A stretch of 64,000 bases of DNA from Quadrisphaera sp. (GTDB taxonomy: Bacteria > Actinomycetota > Actinomycetes > Actinomycetales > Quadrisphaeraceae): assembly GCA_029257185.1 (NCBI GenBank), contig JARICT010000082.1, positions 9,100 to 73,099 on the forward strand, read 5' to 3'. The notes under the pieces were generated by a model, which was not told the DNA's origin, did not search any database, and saw nothing but the letters and a program-made list of their open reading frames with translations. Of this stretch, positions 42,172-51,872 are shown in pieces. The position numbers and the translations under genes are program-made. Numbering within the stretch: position 1 is the first letter of the stretch; each line of letters starts with the position of its first letter.

Positions 42172-43296
42172 TCACTCCCAGGAGAGCCCGCCACCGCTCT
42201 GGTACTCGATGACGCGCGTCTCGAAGAAGTTCTTCTCCTTCTTGAGGTCCATCGACTCGCTCATCCACGGGAACGGGTTCTCCGTCTCGGGGAAGACCGG
42301 GGCCAGCCCCAGCTGGACGCAGCGCCGGTTGGTGATGAAGTGCATGTACTGCGTGGTGAGGTCGGAGTTCAGCCCGAGGATCCCGCGCGGCATCGTCTCC
42401 TTGCCGTACACGACCTCCAGCTCGCACGCCTCGGTCAGCATCTGGCGCACCTCCTCCTGGAACTCCGCGGTCCACAGGTGAGGGTTCTCCACCTTGATCT
42501 GGTTGATGACGTCGATGCCGAAGTTCAGGTGGATCGACTCGTCGCGCAGGATGTACTGGTACTGCTCGGCGATCCCCACCATCTTGTTGCGCCGCCCCAG
42601 CGAGAGGATCTGCGCGAAGCCGGTGTAGAACCACATGCCCTCGAACACCACGTAGAACGCGATGAGGTCCCGCAGGAACGCCTGGTCGTCCTCGAAGGTG
42701 CCGGTGGAGAAGCTGCCGTCCTCGAGGTGCTGGGTGTACTTCAGGGCCCACGAGTCCTTGGCCGAGATGGCGTCGACCTCGCGGTACATGTTGAACAGCT
42801 CGCCCTCGTCGAGGCCGAGGCTGGTGCAGATGTACTGGAAGGTGTGCGTGTGCACGGCCTCCTCGAAGGCCTGGCGCAGCAGGTACTGGCGGCACTCCGG
42901 GTTGGTGAGCTGGCGGTAGACCGCCAGGACGATGTTGTTGGCCACGAGGGACTCGGCGGTGGCGAAGAACCCGAGGTTGCGCTTGAGCATGAGGCGCTCG
43001 TCCTCGGTAAGACCGTTCGGGGACTTCCAGAGGGCGATGTCGGCCTGCATGGAGACCTCGGTGGGCATCCAGTGGTTGTTGCAGCCCGCCAGGTACTTCT
43101 CCCAGGCCCAGCCGTACTTCATCGGCAGGAGCTGGTTGACGTCGGCGCGGCCGTTGATCATGGCCTTCTCCGAGGCCTGGACCCGCCCGCCATCGGTGTC
43201 GATCGAGCCGAGCCCGGTCGCTGCGGGGACGCCGCCGGTCTCGTCGACCGTGAGGTCGGCGCTGGGGGGTGTGGGGTCGAAGTCGAGGGTGGTCAT
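42172..43296 (-). CDS. nrdB: ribonucleotide reductase small subunit, class Ic type (R2c)
   Basis: Near-collinear with my recollection of Chlamydia trachomatis R2c: [19 protein letters not shown]...[22 protein letters not shown]...[18 protein letters not shown]...[24 protein letters not shown]. Glu replaces the first-ligand Asp, and Phe sits at the radical-Tyr position. Confidence 0.9.
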   Translation of the reverse strand: MTTLDFDPTPPSADLTVDETGGVPAATGLGSIDTDGGRVQASEKAMINGRADVNQLLPMKYGWAWEKYLAGCNNHWMPTEVSMQADIALWKSPNGLTEDERLMLKRNLGFFATAESLVANNIVLAVYRQLTNPECRQYLLRQAFEEAVHTHTFQYICTSLGLDEGELFNMYREVDAISAKDSWALKYTQHLEDGSFSTGTFEDDQAFLRDLIAFYVVFEGMWFYTGFAQILSLGRRNKMVGIAEQYQYILRDESIHLNFGIDVINQIKVENPHLWTAEFQEEVRQMLTEACELEVVYGKETMPRGILGLNSDLTTQYMHFITNRRCVQLGLAPVFPETENPFPWMSESMDLKKEKNFFETRVIEYQSGGGLSWE

Positions 43297-43360
43297 CGAT
43301 GTCTCCTTGCGCGTGAGGGGTGGTGCTTGCTCGTCGTGGGTGCCCGTCAGGGCGCGTCGG

Positions 43361-46300
43361 TCACTGGCAGGCCTCGCACTCCGGGTCCTCGACCGAGCAC
43401 GCCTGCCCGGTGAGCACGATCTCGCCGTCGTCCTCCGTGGCCGCGGGTGACGTCGGTGGCGCGACAGGCGGTGCGGCCACCGTGGCGGGCGGCGAGGAGG
43501 ACACGACAGCGGGCGGCGAGGTGGCGACCGCGGCGTCGGGCACCGCTGACGCCGGGGCGGCGGCGGGCAGCGTGGCGCCGGACGCGACGGCGTTGAGCTT
43601 GCCGTCGGTGCCGCGCAGCGTGGACTTCTCGACGTGGGTCTTCGAGGTGGAGCGCAGGTAGTACGTCGTCTTCAGCCCGTGCTGCCAGGCGGCCCGGTAC
43701 AGGTCGTCGAGCATCTTGCCGTTGGGGGAGGAGACGTAGAGGTTTAGCGACTGGGCCTGGTCGATCCACTTCTGCCGGCGGGAGGCCGAGGCCACGAGCC
43801 AGCTCCAGTCGATCTCGAAGGCGGTGGCGTAGAGGTCGCGCAGGTCCGCGGGCACGCGGTCGATCTGCCCGAGCGAGCCGTCGAAGTACTTCAGGTCCGA
43901 GACCATCACCTCGTCCCACAGGCCCCGCTCGGTGAGGTCGCGCACCAGGGAGGAGTTCACCACGGTGAAGTCCCCGGACATGTTCGACTTCACGAACAGG
44001 TTCTGGTACATCGGCTCGATCGACTGCGCCACGCCGACGATGTTGGAGATGGTCGCCGTCGGGGCGATGGCCATGACGTTGGAGTTGCGCATGCCCTGCT
44101 CGCGGACCTTCTCGCGCAGCGGCGCCCAGTCCAGCGTCGTGGACGTGTCCAGCTCGACGTCGCCACCGCGCGCCTCCCGCAGCAGCTCGAGGGAGTCGAT
44201 CGGCAGGATCCCGCGGCTCCACAGGGACCCGTCGAAGCTCGCGTAGGACCCCCGCTCGGCGGCCAGGTCCGAGCTCGCCTCGATGGCGGCGTGGGAGATC
44301 GCCTCCATGGACGTGTCGGCGAACACCACGGCCTCGGGTGAGGCGTAGGGGGTGCGCAGGGTGAACAGCGCGTCCTGGAAGCCCATGAGGCCCAGCCCCA
44401 CGGGACGGTGGCGCTGGTTGGCACGCTCGGCCTGCGGGATCGTGTAGAGGTTCAGGTCGATGACGTTGTCGAGCATGCGCACCGCGGTCCGCGTGGTCGC
44501 GCGCAGCCGGTCGACGTCCAGCCCCTCGGGACCGACGTGGGCGGCGAGGTTGATCGAGCCCAGGTTGCACACCGCGACCTCCTCGGCGGAGGTGTTCAGC
44601 GTGATCTCGGTGCACAGGTTCGAGGAGTGCACCACGCCGGTGTGCTGCTGCGGCGAGCGCAGGTTGCACGGGTCCTTGAACGTGATCCACGGGTGCCCGG
44701 TCTCGAAGAGGGCGGTGAGCATCTTGCGCCACAGGTCGAGCGCCTTGACGGTGCGGTGGACCCGGATCTCCCCGCGGGCCGCCATGGCCTCGTACTCCGC
44801 GTAGCGGGTCGCGAACGCCGGGCCGTAGAGGTCGTGCAGGTCCGGGGTCTCGTCGGGGGAGAACAGCGTCCAGTCGGCGCCCGCGGAGACCCGCTGCATG
44901 AAAAGGTCCGGCACCCAGTTGGCGGTGTTCATGTCGTGGGTGCGCCGGCGGTCGTCACCGGTGTTCTTGCGCAGCTCGAGGAACTCCTCGACGTCGATGT
45001 GCCAGGTCTCGAGGTAGGCGCAGACCGCGCCCTTGCGCTTGCCGCCCTGGTTGACCGCCACCGCGGTGTCGTTGGCGATCTTGAGGAACGGCACGATGCC
45101 CTGGCTCTGCCCGTTGGTGCCCTTGATGTGGGCGCCGATCCCGCGCACCGGGGTCCAGTCGTTGCCGAGGCCGCCGGAGTACTTCGCCAGCAGCGCGTTG
45201 TCCTTGATGGCCTGGAAGATCCCGTCCAGGTCGTCCGAGACGGTGGTGAGGAAGCAGCTGGAGAGCTGCGGGCGGGTGGTGCCGGCGTTGAACAGCGTCG
45301 GCGTCGAGCACATGAAGTCGAAGCTGGAGATCAGTCGGTAGAACTCGATCGCCCGCTCCTCCTTCGCCTCGCCCTCGTTCAGCGCCAGACCCATCGCCAC
45401 GCGCAGGAAGAACGCCTGCGGCAGCTCGTAGCGCACGCCGCGCTCGTGGAGGAAGTACCGGTCGTAGAGGGTCTGGAGCCCCAGGAACGTGAACTGCAGG
45501 TCGCGGTCCGCGTCGAGGGCCGCGCCGAGACGCTCGAGGTCGAACTCGGCCAGGCGCGGGTCGAGCATCCCCAGCTCGATGCCGCGGCGAACGTACCCGG
45601 CGAGGTATGTGGGGTACAGACGGGTCATGTCGGCCTGGCTCGCCACCTGGCGGCCGCCCAGGACCGCGCCGAGGGCCTCGCTGCGCAGGGCGTCCATCAG
45701 CAGGCGCGCGCTGACGTAGGTGTAGTCGGGGTCGGCCTCGACCTTGGTGCGGGCGGCCAGGACGAGCGCCTGGGCGACCTCGCGCTCGGTCACGCCGTCG
45801 TAGAGGGTGCGCGCGGCCTCGGTGACCACGGCGTCGGCGTCGACGGTGGGCAGCCCGGAGCAGGCCTCGGCCACCACGAGCCGCACCCGGTCGCGGTCCA
45901 GCGGCGTCGTGGTGCCGTCGGCGAGGCGCATCGTCAGCTCGGGCACCTCGGCGGTGACCGTTCCGGCCACCTTGGCGGCGGCCTCGGCACGCTCGCGGCG
46001 GGCCCGGGCGTGCTCCTCGCGGTACAGCACGTAGGCGCGGGCGACCTTCTGGTGCTCGCCGCGCATGAGCGCCAGCTCGACCTGGTCCTGGACCTCCTCG
46101 ACCGTGACCGGCCGCGCGCCGGTGTGCACGCCCGTGGCGCGCCGCTCGAGGGTCTCGACCACCGAGGCCGTCAGCTGCTCGACGATCTCGCGCACGCGGG
46201 GCGACCCCCCGGCGCCCTCGCCCTCGACGGCGAGGAAGGCCTTGCTCAGGGCGACGGCGATCCGGGTCCGGTCGAAGGGCCGGATGGCCCCGGAACGGTT

Positions 46301-46393
46301 CACCACGCCGGACGGCAGCAGGGGCTGGCCGGGCGTCGACGAGTCGTCGATGACCCGCAGCGTGTCGGTGGTGTCGGGCAGGACCTGGGTCAC
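43361..46393 (-). CDS. nrdA: ribonucleotide reductase large subunit (class I) with N-terminal ATP-cone
   Basis: ATP-cone: [20 protein letters not shown]. Catalytic core: [26 protein letters not shown]-terminal Cys cluster: [12 protein letters not shown]. The GTG at 46393 is preferred (AGGAG 8 nt upstream). The track start at 46420 lacks an RBS. Confidence 0.9.
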   Translation of the reverse strand: MTQVLPDTTDTLRVIDDSSTPGQPLLPSGVVNRSGAIRPFDRTRIAVALSKAFLAVEGEGAGGSPRVREIVEQLTASVVETLERRATGVHTGARPVTVEEVQDQVELALMRGEHQKVARAYVLYREEHARARRERAEAAAKVAGTVTAEVPELTMRLADGTTTPLDRDRVRLVVAEACSGLPTVDADAVVTEAARTLYDGVTEREVAQALVLAARTKVEADPDYTYVSARLLMDALRSEALGAVLGGRQVASQADMTRLYPTYLAGYVRRGIELGMLDPRLAEFDLERLGAALDADRDLQFTFLGLQTLYDRYFLHERGVRYELPQAFFLRVAMGLALNEGEAKEERAIEFYRLISSFDFMCSTPTLFNAGTTRPQLSSCFLTTVSDDLDGIFQAIKDNALLAKYSGGLGNDWTPVRGIGAHIKGTNGQSQGIVPFLKIANDTAVAVNQGGKRKGAVCAYLETWHIDVEEFLELRKNTGDDRRRTHDMNTANWVPDLFMQRVSAGADWTLFSPDETPDLHDLYGPAFATRYAEYEAMAARGEIRVHRTVKALDLWRKMLTALFETGHPWITFKDPCNLRSPQQHTGVVHSSNLCTEITLNTSAEEVAVCNLGSINLAAHVGPEGLDVDRLRATTRTAVRMLDNVIDLNLYTIPQAERANQRHRPVGLGLMGFQDALFTLRTPYASPEAVVFADTSMEAISHAAIEASSDLAAERGSYASFDGSLWSRGILPIDSLELLREARGGDVELDTSTTLDWAPLREKVREQGMRNSNVMAIAPTATISNIVGVAQSIEPMYQNLFVKSNMSGDFTVVNSSLVRDLTERGLWDEVMVSDLKYFDGSLGQIDRVPADLRDLYATAFEIDWSWLVASASRRQKWIDQAQSLNLYVSSPNGKMLDDLYRAAWQHGLKTTYYLRSTSKTHVEKSTLRGTDGKLNAVASGATLPAAAPASAVPDAAVATSPPAVVSSSPPATVAAPPVAPPTSPAATEDDGEIVLTGQACSVEDPECEACQ

Positions 46394-46487
46394 GAGATCG
46401 CTCCTGGAGATGGGGTTCACGAGGGGCCGAGCGGTCCGGGTGGGGCAGCCGGACCCGACGGACAGTACAGCGTGGCGCCGGGGAACG

Positions 46488-46535
46488 CCACTAGATGCAG
46501 GGGTGTCGGTGCGATACCACCCCTAGATGTGGTGG
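46488..46535. promoter_or_regulatory. tandem NrdR boxes
   Basis: CCACTAGATGCAGGGG (46488-46503) and CCCCTAGATGTGGTGG (46520-46535). The two are 16-mers exactly 32 bp apart centre to centre. Both fit the NrdR-box consensus acaCwAtATaTwGtgt at the core positions. They lie 95-140 nt upstream of nrdA. Confidence 0.55.
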
Positions 46536-46712
46536 CTGCCCCGGGCGGGCGTGCGAGCCGGTCGTCGGAGCCACCGTCGCGTGGCCAGCGTAGGTGCGGG
46601 GTCGGACACCACCGCGTCGACGGCCCTCGTCATCGGCCCGGAGCCCCGCGCGCGCCGCTCGGGCGGGGTGCCGACGCGGCGGCGACCCCGGGCAGCGGGC
46701 ACAGTGTGCGCC

Positions 46713-48902
46713 GTGTCGAACAGCCTCTACGTGACCTCGACCGAGCCCGACGCCGGGAAGACCGTCGTCGCCCTCGGAGTCCTGGACCTGCTGGCCACCT
46801 CCGCGGCCGCGCCGGTGATCTTCCGGCCGATCGTCACCGACGCCGAGGCCGAGGACCCGCTCGTCGCGCTCGTGCGCGAGCGCTACGGCGCCGGGGAGGG
46901 TCACGGGCCGCCGACGGTCGAGTCGGTGGGTCTGACGTGGGAGCAGGCCAGGGCGCTGATCGACGGCGGCGACACCCGCCGGCTCGTGGCGACCCTCGTC
47001 GAGCGGATGGACCACCTGCGCTCGCTCTCGGACTTCGTGCTCGTGGTGGGGACGGGTTTCACGGGTCCCTCACCGGCCACCGAGCTCGACCTCAACGCCG
47101 AGCTCGCCGTCAACTTCGGGTCACCCGTGCTCACCGTCCTCTCGGGCCTGGGCCGTTCGACCGCCTCGCTCGCGGCTGCCGCGCGAGAGGCGGCGTCGGT
47201 GCTGGACGGGGCGGGCTGCACGCGCGTCGCCACGATCGTCAACCGGGCGGACCCCGCGACCGCCGGTGAGGTGCTGGCAGCGTTGCGCCCGGACCGCTCA
47301 GCCGACGGCGACGGGCGGGACGACGGCTCGGACGTCCCGGTCTACGTCCTTCCCGAGACCGCGGTCCTGTCCGCCCTGACCGTGGACGAGGTGGTCAGCG
47401 CGCTCGACGCCCGCGTCCTGTGCGGGGCGCCCTCGCGACTGGCCCGCGAGGTCGACGGGTACCTCGTCGGCTCCGCCCACCTCCAGACGGTCCTGCCGAT
47501 GCTGGCCGACGGCATGCTCGTGGTCTCGAGCGGGGACCGCATCGACCTCGTGGTCGGCACGGCGGCGACGTCGGCCAGCCCCTCGGCGCCGACCCCCGCC
47601 GGGCTGCTCCTCACGCTCGGGACCACCCCGGGCGCCCTCGCCACGTCCCTCGTGGAGCAGTCCGGGCTCCCCATGCTGACCACCCCCCACGACACGTACG
47701 GCGCCGTCCACCGGCTCGAGGGCCTGAGCGGGCAGCTGCGTCCTTCGAGCACCCGCAAGGTCGCCGCGGCGCGCGGGGCCTTCACGACCGGCGTGGACAC
47801 CGCCGAGCTCCACGAGCGCATCCGCCTCTCCGGCACGGACGCGGTGACACCGGCGATGTTCAACGCGCGCCTGCTCGCCCGGGCCCGGGCGGACCGGCGC
47901 ACCGTCGTCCTCCCCGAGAGCCAGGACGAGCGGGTGCTGCGGGCGGCCGAGGAGCTGGTCCTCCTCGACGTCGCCGACCTGGTGCTTCTCGGCGACCCGG
48001 CGGTGGTCGCCGAGCGCGCGGACCAGCTGGGCGTCGACGTCTCCGGAGCGCTCGTCGTGGACCCGGGCCGCGGCTCGCCCCTGCGCGAGGAGCTGGCGGC
48101 GGCCTACGCCGAGGCGAGGGCCCACCGCGGCGTCACCGGGGACCAGGCGTGGGAGGTCACCCGCGACCCCACGGCCTTCGGGACGCTGATGGTCGCCACC
48201 AACCGCGCCGACGGCATGGTGGCGGGCGCCACCCACACCACCGCCGCGACCATCCGCCCCGCCCTCGAGGTCATCCGCACGGCGCCGGGCGTCTCCAAGG
48301 TCTCCGGCGCCTTCTTCATGTGCCTGCGCGACCACGTGCTGGTGTTCGCGGACTGCGCCGTGAACCTCGACCCCACCGCCGCCGAGCTGGCCGAGATCGC
48401 CGCGACGACGGCGGAGACCGCGAGGTCCTTCGGGATCGACCCCAGGGTGGCGATGGTCTCGTACTCGACCGGCAGCTCGGGGGGCGGCGTGGACGTCGAC
48501 AAGGTCCGTGAGGCGACGTCGCTGCTCGCCGCCGCACGCCCCGACCTCCCGCTGGCAGGTCCCATCCAGTACGACGCCGCCGTGGACCCGGCCACCGGCG
48601 CCTCGAAGATGCCTGACAACCCGGTCGCGGGGCGCGCGAGCGTCCTGGTCTTCCCGGACCTCAACACCGGCAACACCACCTACAAGGCCGTCCAGCGCTC
48701 GGGCGGCGCCGTGGCCGTGGGGCCGGTGCTGCAGGGTCTGCGCCGTCCCGTGAACGATCTCTCGCGCGGCTGCACGGTGGCTGACATCGTGTCCACGGTG
48801 GCGATCACGGCCGTCCAGGCGCAGGACCACCCGCGGGGCGAGCTGGCCGGCGTGCCCGGTCTCGAGGCCGGCGGGCGCACGGCTGCCGGGACCACGCGGT
48901 GA
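46713..48902 (+). CDS. pta: phosphate acetyltransferase (long form with N-terminal P-loop-like / DRTGG domains)
   Basis: N-terminus: LYVTSTEPDAGKTVVALG. The C-terminal PTA_PTB domain has VVLPES.DERVLRAA, GMVAGA.HTTA and VLVFPDLNTGN..YK. The start is GTG at 46713 or 46704. Confidence 0.85.
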   Translation: MSNSLYVTSTEPDAGKTVVALGVLDLLATSAAAPVIFRPIVTDAEAEDPLVALVRERYGAGEGHGPPTVESVGLTWEQARALIDGGDTRRLVATLVERMDHLRSLSDFVLVVGTGFTGPSPATELDLNAELAVNFGSPVLTVLSGLGRSTASLAAAAREAASVLDGAGCTRVATIVNRADPATAGEVLAALRPDRSADGDGRDDGSDVPVYVLPETAVLSALTVDEVVSALDARVLCGAPSRLAREVDGYLVGSAHLQTVLPMLADGMLVVSSGDRIDLVVGTAATSASPSAPTPAGLLLTLGTTPGALATSLVEQSGLPMLTTPHDTYGAVHRLEGLSGQLRPSSTRKVAAARGAFTTGVDTAELHERIRLSGTDAVTPAMFNARLLARARADRRTVVLPESQDERVLRAAEELVLLDVADLVLLGDPAVVAERADQLGVDVSGALVVDPGRGSPLREELAAAYAEARAHRGVTGDQAWEVTRDPTAFGTLMVATNRADGMVAGATHTTAATIRPALEVIRTAPGVSKVSGAFFMCLRDHVLVFADCAVNLDPTAAELAEIAATTAETARSFGIDPRVAMVSYSTGSSGGGVDVDKVREATSLLAAARPDLPLAGPIQYDAAVDPATGASKMPDNPVAGRASVLVFPDLNTGNTTYKAVQRSGGAVAVGPVLQGLRRPVNDLSRGCTVADIVSTVAITAVQAQDHPRGELAGVPGLEAGGRTAAGTTR

Positions 48903-50014
48903 GCGACGACGCGGTGAGCGACGACGCCCTCGTCCTCGTCCTCAACGCCGGGTCCTCGTCGCTCAAGCACGAGCTGCGCGAGCCCGGCGGCGTCGTGCTC
49001 GACTCCGGGACCGTCCAGCGGATCGGCGTCGCCGGAGGACCGGGCGACCACGCGGCCGCGCTCTCGACGGTCCTGGACCTGCTCGAGAGCAACCACCCGG
49101 GAGCCCTCGCGCGACTGGTCGTCGTGGGGCACCGGGTCGTCCACGGCGGTGCGCGCTTCTCGGCGGCCACGCTCGTCGACGACGACGTCGAGCGCGACAT
49201 CGACGAGCTGTCCGCCCTCGCCCCGCTGCACAACCCCCCGCAGCTCGCCGGGATCCGCGCCATGAGGCAGCGCCTGCCGCAGGTGCCGCAGGTGGCCGTC
49301 TTCGACACCGCGTTCCACACCACCATCCCCGACGCCGCCGCGCTCTACGCGCTGCCGCGCGCGCTGGCGGAGCGCCTGCGGATCCGCCGCTACGGCTTCC
49401 ACGGGATCTCCGTGCAGTACGTCGTCCGGACGGCCGCAGAACGCCTGCGCGTCCCCGTCGACGAGGTGCGCCTCGTCGTGTGCCACATCGGCAACGGGGT
49501 GTCGGTGACGGCGGTGCGCGACGGCGTGAGCGTGGACACCTCGATGGGCATGACCCCTCTCGCTGGTGCGGTCATGGGGACCCGCAGCGGCGACGTCGAC
49601 CCGAGCGTGCTCGCGTACCTCCACCGCCAGGAGGGCACCGGCCTGGAGGACATCGACGCCCTGCTCAACCGGGAGAGCGGGCTGCGCGGCCTCTGCGGCG
49701 CGTCGGACCTGCGGGAGGTCCACGCCCTCATCGCCGGGGGGAGCGGGCGCGAGCGCGCCGCCCAGGCCCGCACCGCCCTCGACGTCTACACCCACCGGCT
49801 GCGCGCGTACGTCTCCTCCTCCCTCGGCGAGGTGCCCGGCGTCCACGCCGTGGTGCTCACCGGTGGGGTGGGGGAGAACGACGCGGTGGTCCAGGAGGAG
49901 ATGACCGCTCCGCTGGCCCACCTCGGCGTGGGCACGTCGGTGGAGGTCATGGTGGTGGCGACCGACGAGGAGGGCGAGATCGCCCGCCAGTGCCTGGAGC
50001 TCGTGGGCGCCTGA
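48899..50014 (+). CDS. ackA: acetate kinase
   Basis: VLVLNAGSSSLK, VGHRVVHGG, LAPLHNP, FDTAFH, RRYGFHG.S, HIGNG.S, DTSMG.TPL.G..MGTRSGD.DP, TGG.GEN. The start overlaps the pta stop (GTGA). Confidence 0.9.
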   Translation: MSDDAVSDDALVLVLNAGSSSLKHELREPGGVVLDSGTVQRIGVAGGPGDHAAALSTVLDLLESNHPGALARLVVVGHRVVHGGARFSAATLVDDDVERDIDELSALAPLHNPPQLAGIRAMRQRLPQVPQVAVFDTAFHTTIPDAAALYALPRALAERLRIRRYGFHGISVQYVVRTAAERLRVPVDEVRLVVCHIGNGVSVTAVRDGVSVDTSMGMTPLAGAVMGTRSGDVDPSVLAYLHRQEGTGLEDIDALLNRESGLRGLCGASDLREVHALIAGGSGRERAAQARTALDVYTHRLRAYVSSSLGEVPGVHAVVLTGGVGENDAVVQEEMTAPLAHLGVGTSVEVMVVATDEEGEIARQCLELVGA

Positions 50015-50049
50015 GTCCTCGCTCTGGAGCGTGCCGTTCGGCGGGGTCT

Positions 50050-50075
50050 GCTGCGCCCACGTCCGTGGGCGCAGC
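50050..50075. terminator. perfect 11-bp / 4-nt-loop hairpin between convergent ackA and pip
   Basis: GCTGCGCCCAC-GTCC-GTGGGCGCAGC. Confidence 0.55.
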
Positions 50076-50081
50076 GGCGGG

Positions 50082-51035
50082 TCAGGGTGCGCTGGCGAAG
50101 CGGTCGAGCGCGGCCGTCATGGCCTCCGACATCCCGACGCCGCCGTGGCCCGCCCCCTCGAGGACGACGAGCTCGCTGCCCGGCCACCGTGCGTGCAGCG
50201 CCCGGGCGGTGTCGAGCGGGCCGGAGACGTCGAGGCGTCCGTGGACCAGCACCGCCGGGATGCCCGCGAGACGGTCCGTGCGCTCGAGGAGCTGACCGTC
50301 GGGCAGGAAGTGGTCGTGGCTCCAGTAGTGGGTGACCAGTCGTGCGAAGCGCTCGGCGAAGACGAGGTCGTCGAAGCGGGGGTCCGGTGCCGCGCCGGGC
50401 GTGAGCGAGACGTGTACGTCCTCCCAGGCGCACCAGGCCGCCGACGCCCGGCGGCGCACCCCGGGGTCGGCGTCGGCCAGCAGCCGGGCATAGGCGGCGG
50501 CGAGGTCGCCACCGCGCTCGTGGACGGGAACCGCCGCGGTGAACGCCTCGTGCTCCTCGGGAAAGATCCGGCCCATCGACCGCGTCATCCAGTCGACCTC
50601 GCGCCGGCTGCCGGTGGTGACCGCGCCGAGGACCATGGCGCGCACCCGCTCCGGGTGGCGCTGGGCGTAGGCGAGCCCCAGCGTCACCCCCCACGAGACC
50701 CCGGCGACGACCCAGCGGTCGACCTCGAGGTGCTCGCGCAGCGTCTCGAGGTCGGCCACGAGGTGGTGGGTGGTGTTGTGGGCCAGGTCCGCGTCGGGGC
50801 CGTCGGCCGGCGGAGCGCTGCGCCCGCACCCTCGCTGGTCGAGCAGGACCGCGCGGTAGGCGCCGGGGTCGAAGAGGCGGCGGGCGCCCGGCGTCGAGCC
50901 GCTCCCCGGGCCGCCGTGGAGGTAGACGGCAGGCGTGCCGTCGTGGGCGCCGACGGCCTCCCACCACAGGCGGTGCCCGTCTCCGACGGGGAGCGTGCCG
51001 CCGTCGTACGGCTCGGCCGGCGGGTGGAGGCTCAC
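50082..51035 (-). CDS. pip: prolyl aminopeptidase (proline iminopeptidase, alpha/beta hydrolase)
   Basis: LHGGPGSG....R.FDP..YR.VL.DQRGCGRS.P and GVSWG (GxSxG). Confidence 0.8.
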   Translation of the reverse strand: MSLHPPAEPYDGGTLPVGDGHRLWWEAVGAHDGTPAVYLHGGPGSGSTPGARRLFDPGAYRAVLLDQRGCGRSAPPADGPDADLAHNTTHHLVADLETLREHLEVDRWVVAGVSWGVTLGLAYAQRHPERVRAMVLGAVTTGSRREVDWMTRSMGRIFPEEHEAFTAAVPVHERGGDLAAAYARLLADADPGVRRRASAAWCAWEDVHVSLTPGAAPDPRFDDLVFAERFARLVTHYWSHDHFLPDGQLLERTDRLAGIPAVLVHGRLDVSGPLDTARALHARWPGSELVVLEGAGHGGVGMSEAMTAALDRFASAP

Positions 51036-51226
51036 GGTCTCCAGCCTGTCGCACCCGGGACGCGGGTCGGCCGCCGACCGTCAGGGTGCGCGGCCACGGA
51101 CGTGCACGACACGTCGCCCGCGGGCGTGTCGCGGCGCGACGGTCGGTGCTGCACGTCCGTGGGCGCGCGGGGACCACGCCGCGGACGCCGTTGACGCTGC
51201 GCGCCACCGCTGCGAGGGTCGGCGTC

Positions 51227-51835
51227 GTGGTGACGATCCGGCCGTTCCGACCCGACGACCCGCGCGACGCGGCTGGCGTCGACGAGGTCTGCGTCCGCAC
51301 GGGCGACGCGGGTGCCGACGCGCGGGGTCTGTGGTCGAGCGACGAGCTGCTCCCGGACCTCTTCGCCCGCCCCTACGTGCGTCTCGAGCCGTCGATGGCC
51401 TTCGTCCTCGACGACGCGGGGGCCGTGGTCGGCTACGTCATCGGGACCGCCGACACCCCGCGGTTCGTGGCTCGGTACCGCGAGCTGTGGCTGCCCGGGC
51501 TGGAGCAGCGGTGGCCGCGCCCGCCGAGGCCGCCCGTGACCGCCGAGCAGCGGTTGCTCACGATGGGTCTCGATCCGGAGCGGATGCTCTCGCCGGCCCT
51601 GGCCGCGCACCCGGCGCACCTCCACGTCGACATCGCTCCCGAGCACCAGGGCGGCGGGCACGGCCGGGCGCTCCTCGAGACGTTCTGCCGTGCGGCTGCC
51701 GCCGCCGGGTCCCGCGCGGTGCACCTCGGGATGGACCCGACCAACACCCGCGCCAGGGCCTTCTACGACCGGCTGGGCTTCGACGAGATCAGCGGTGTCG
51801 ACGACGGCGGGGTCTTCCTCGGCCGGGCGACGTGA
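51227..51835 (+). CDS. GNAT-family N-acetyltransferase
   Basis: IRPFRPDD..... then HLHVDIAPEHQGGGHGRALLE.F...A...G...VHLGMDPTN..A..FY.RLGF. The GTG start is uncertain (51227 or 51230). Confidence 0.7.
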   Translation: MVTIRPFRPDDPRDAAGVDEVCVRTGDAGADARGLWSSDELLPDLFARPYVRLEPSMAFVLDDAGAVVGYVIGTADTPRFVARYRELWLPGLEQRWPRPPRPPVTAEQRLLTMGLDPERMLSPALAAHPAHLHVDIAPEHQGGGHGRALLETFCRAAAAAGSRAVHLGMDPTNTRARAFYDRLGFDEISGVDDGGVFLGRAT

Positions 51836-51872
51836 GCGCGGCGTCGCGAGCCGTGGTCCGGCGGCGAGCCGC

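Noticed and set aside
46394-46712. A possible cobalamin riboswitch in the nrdA leader, as reported for some actinobacterial class Ia RNR operons.
   Set aside because: I could not find a B12-box-like element or the expected multi-stem architecture on the minus strand. The conserved-looking elements are better explained as NrdR boxes. A covariance-model scan (Rfam Cobalamin) would settle it.
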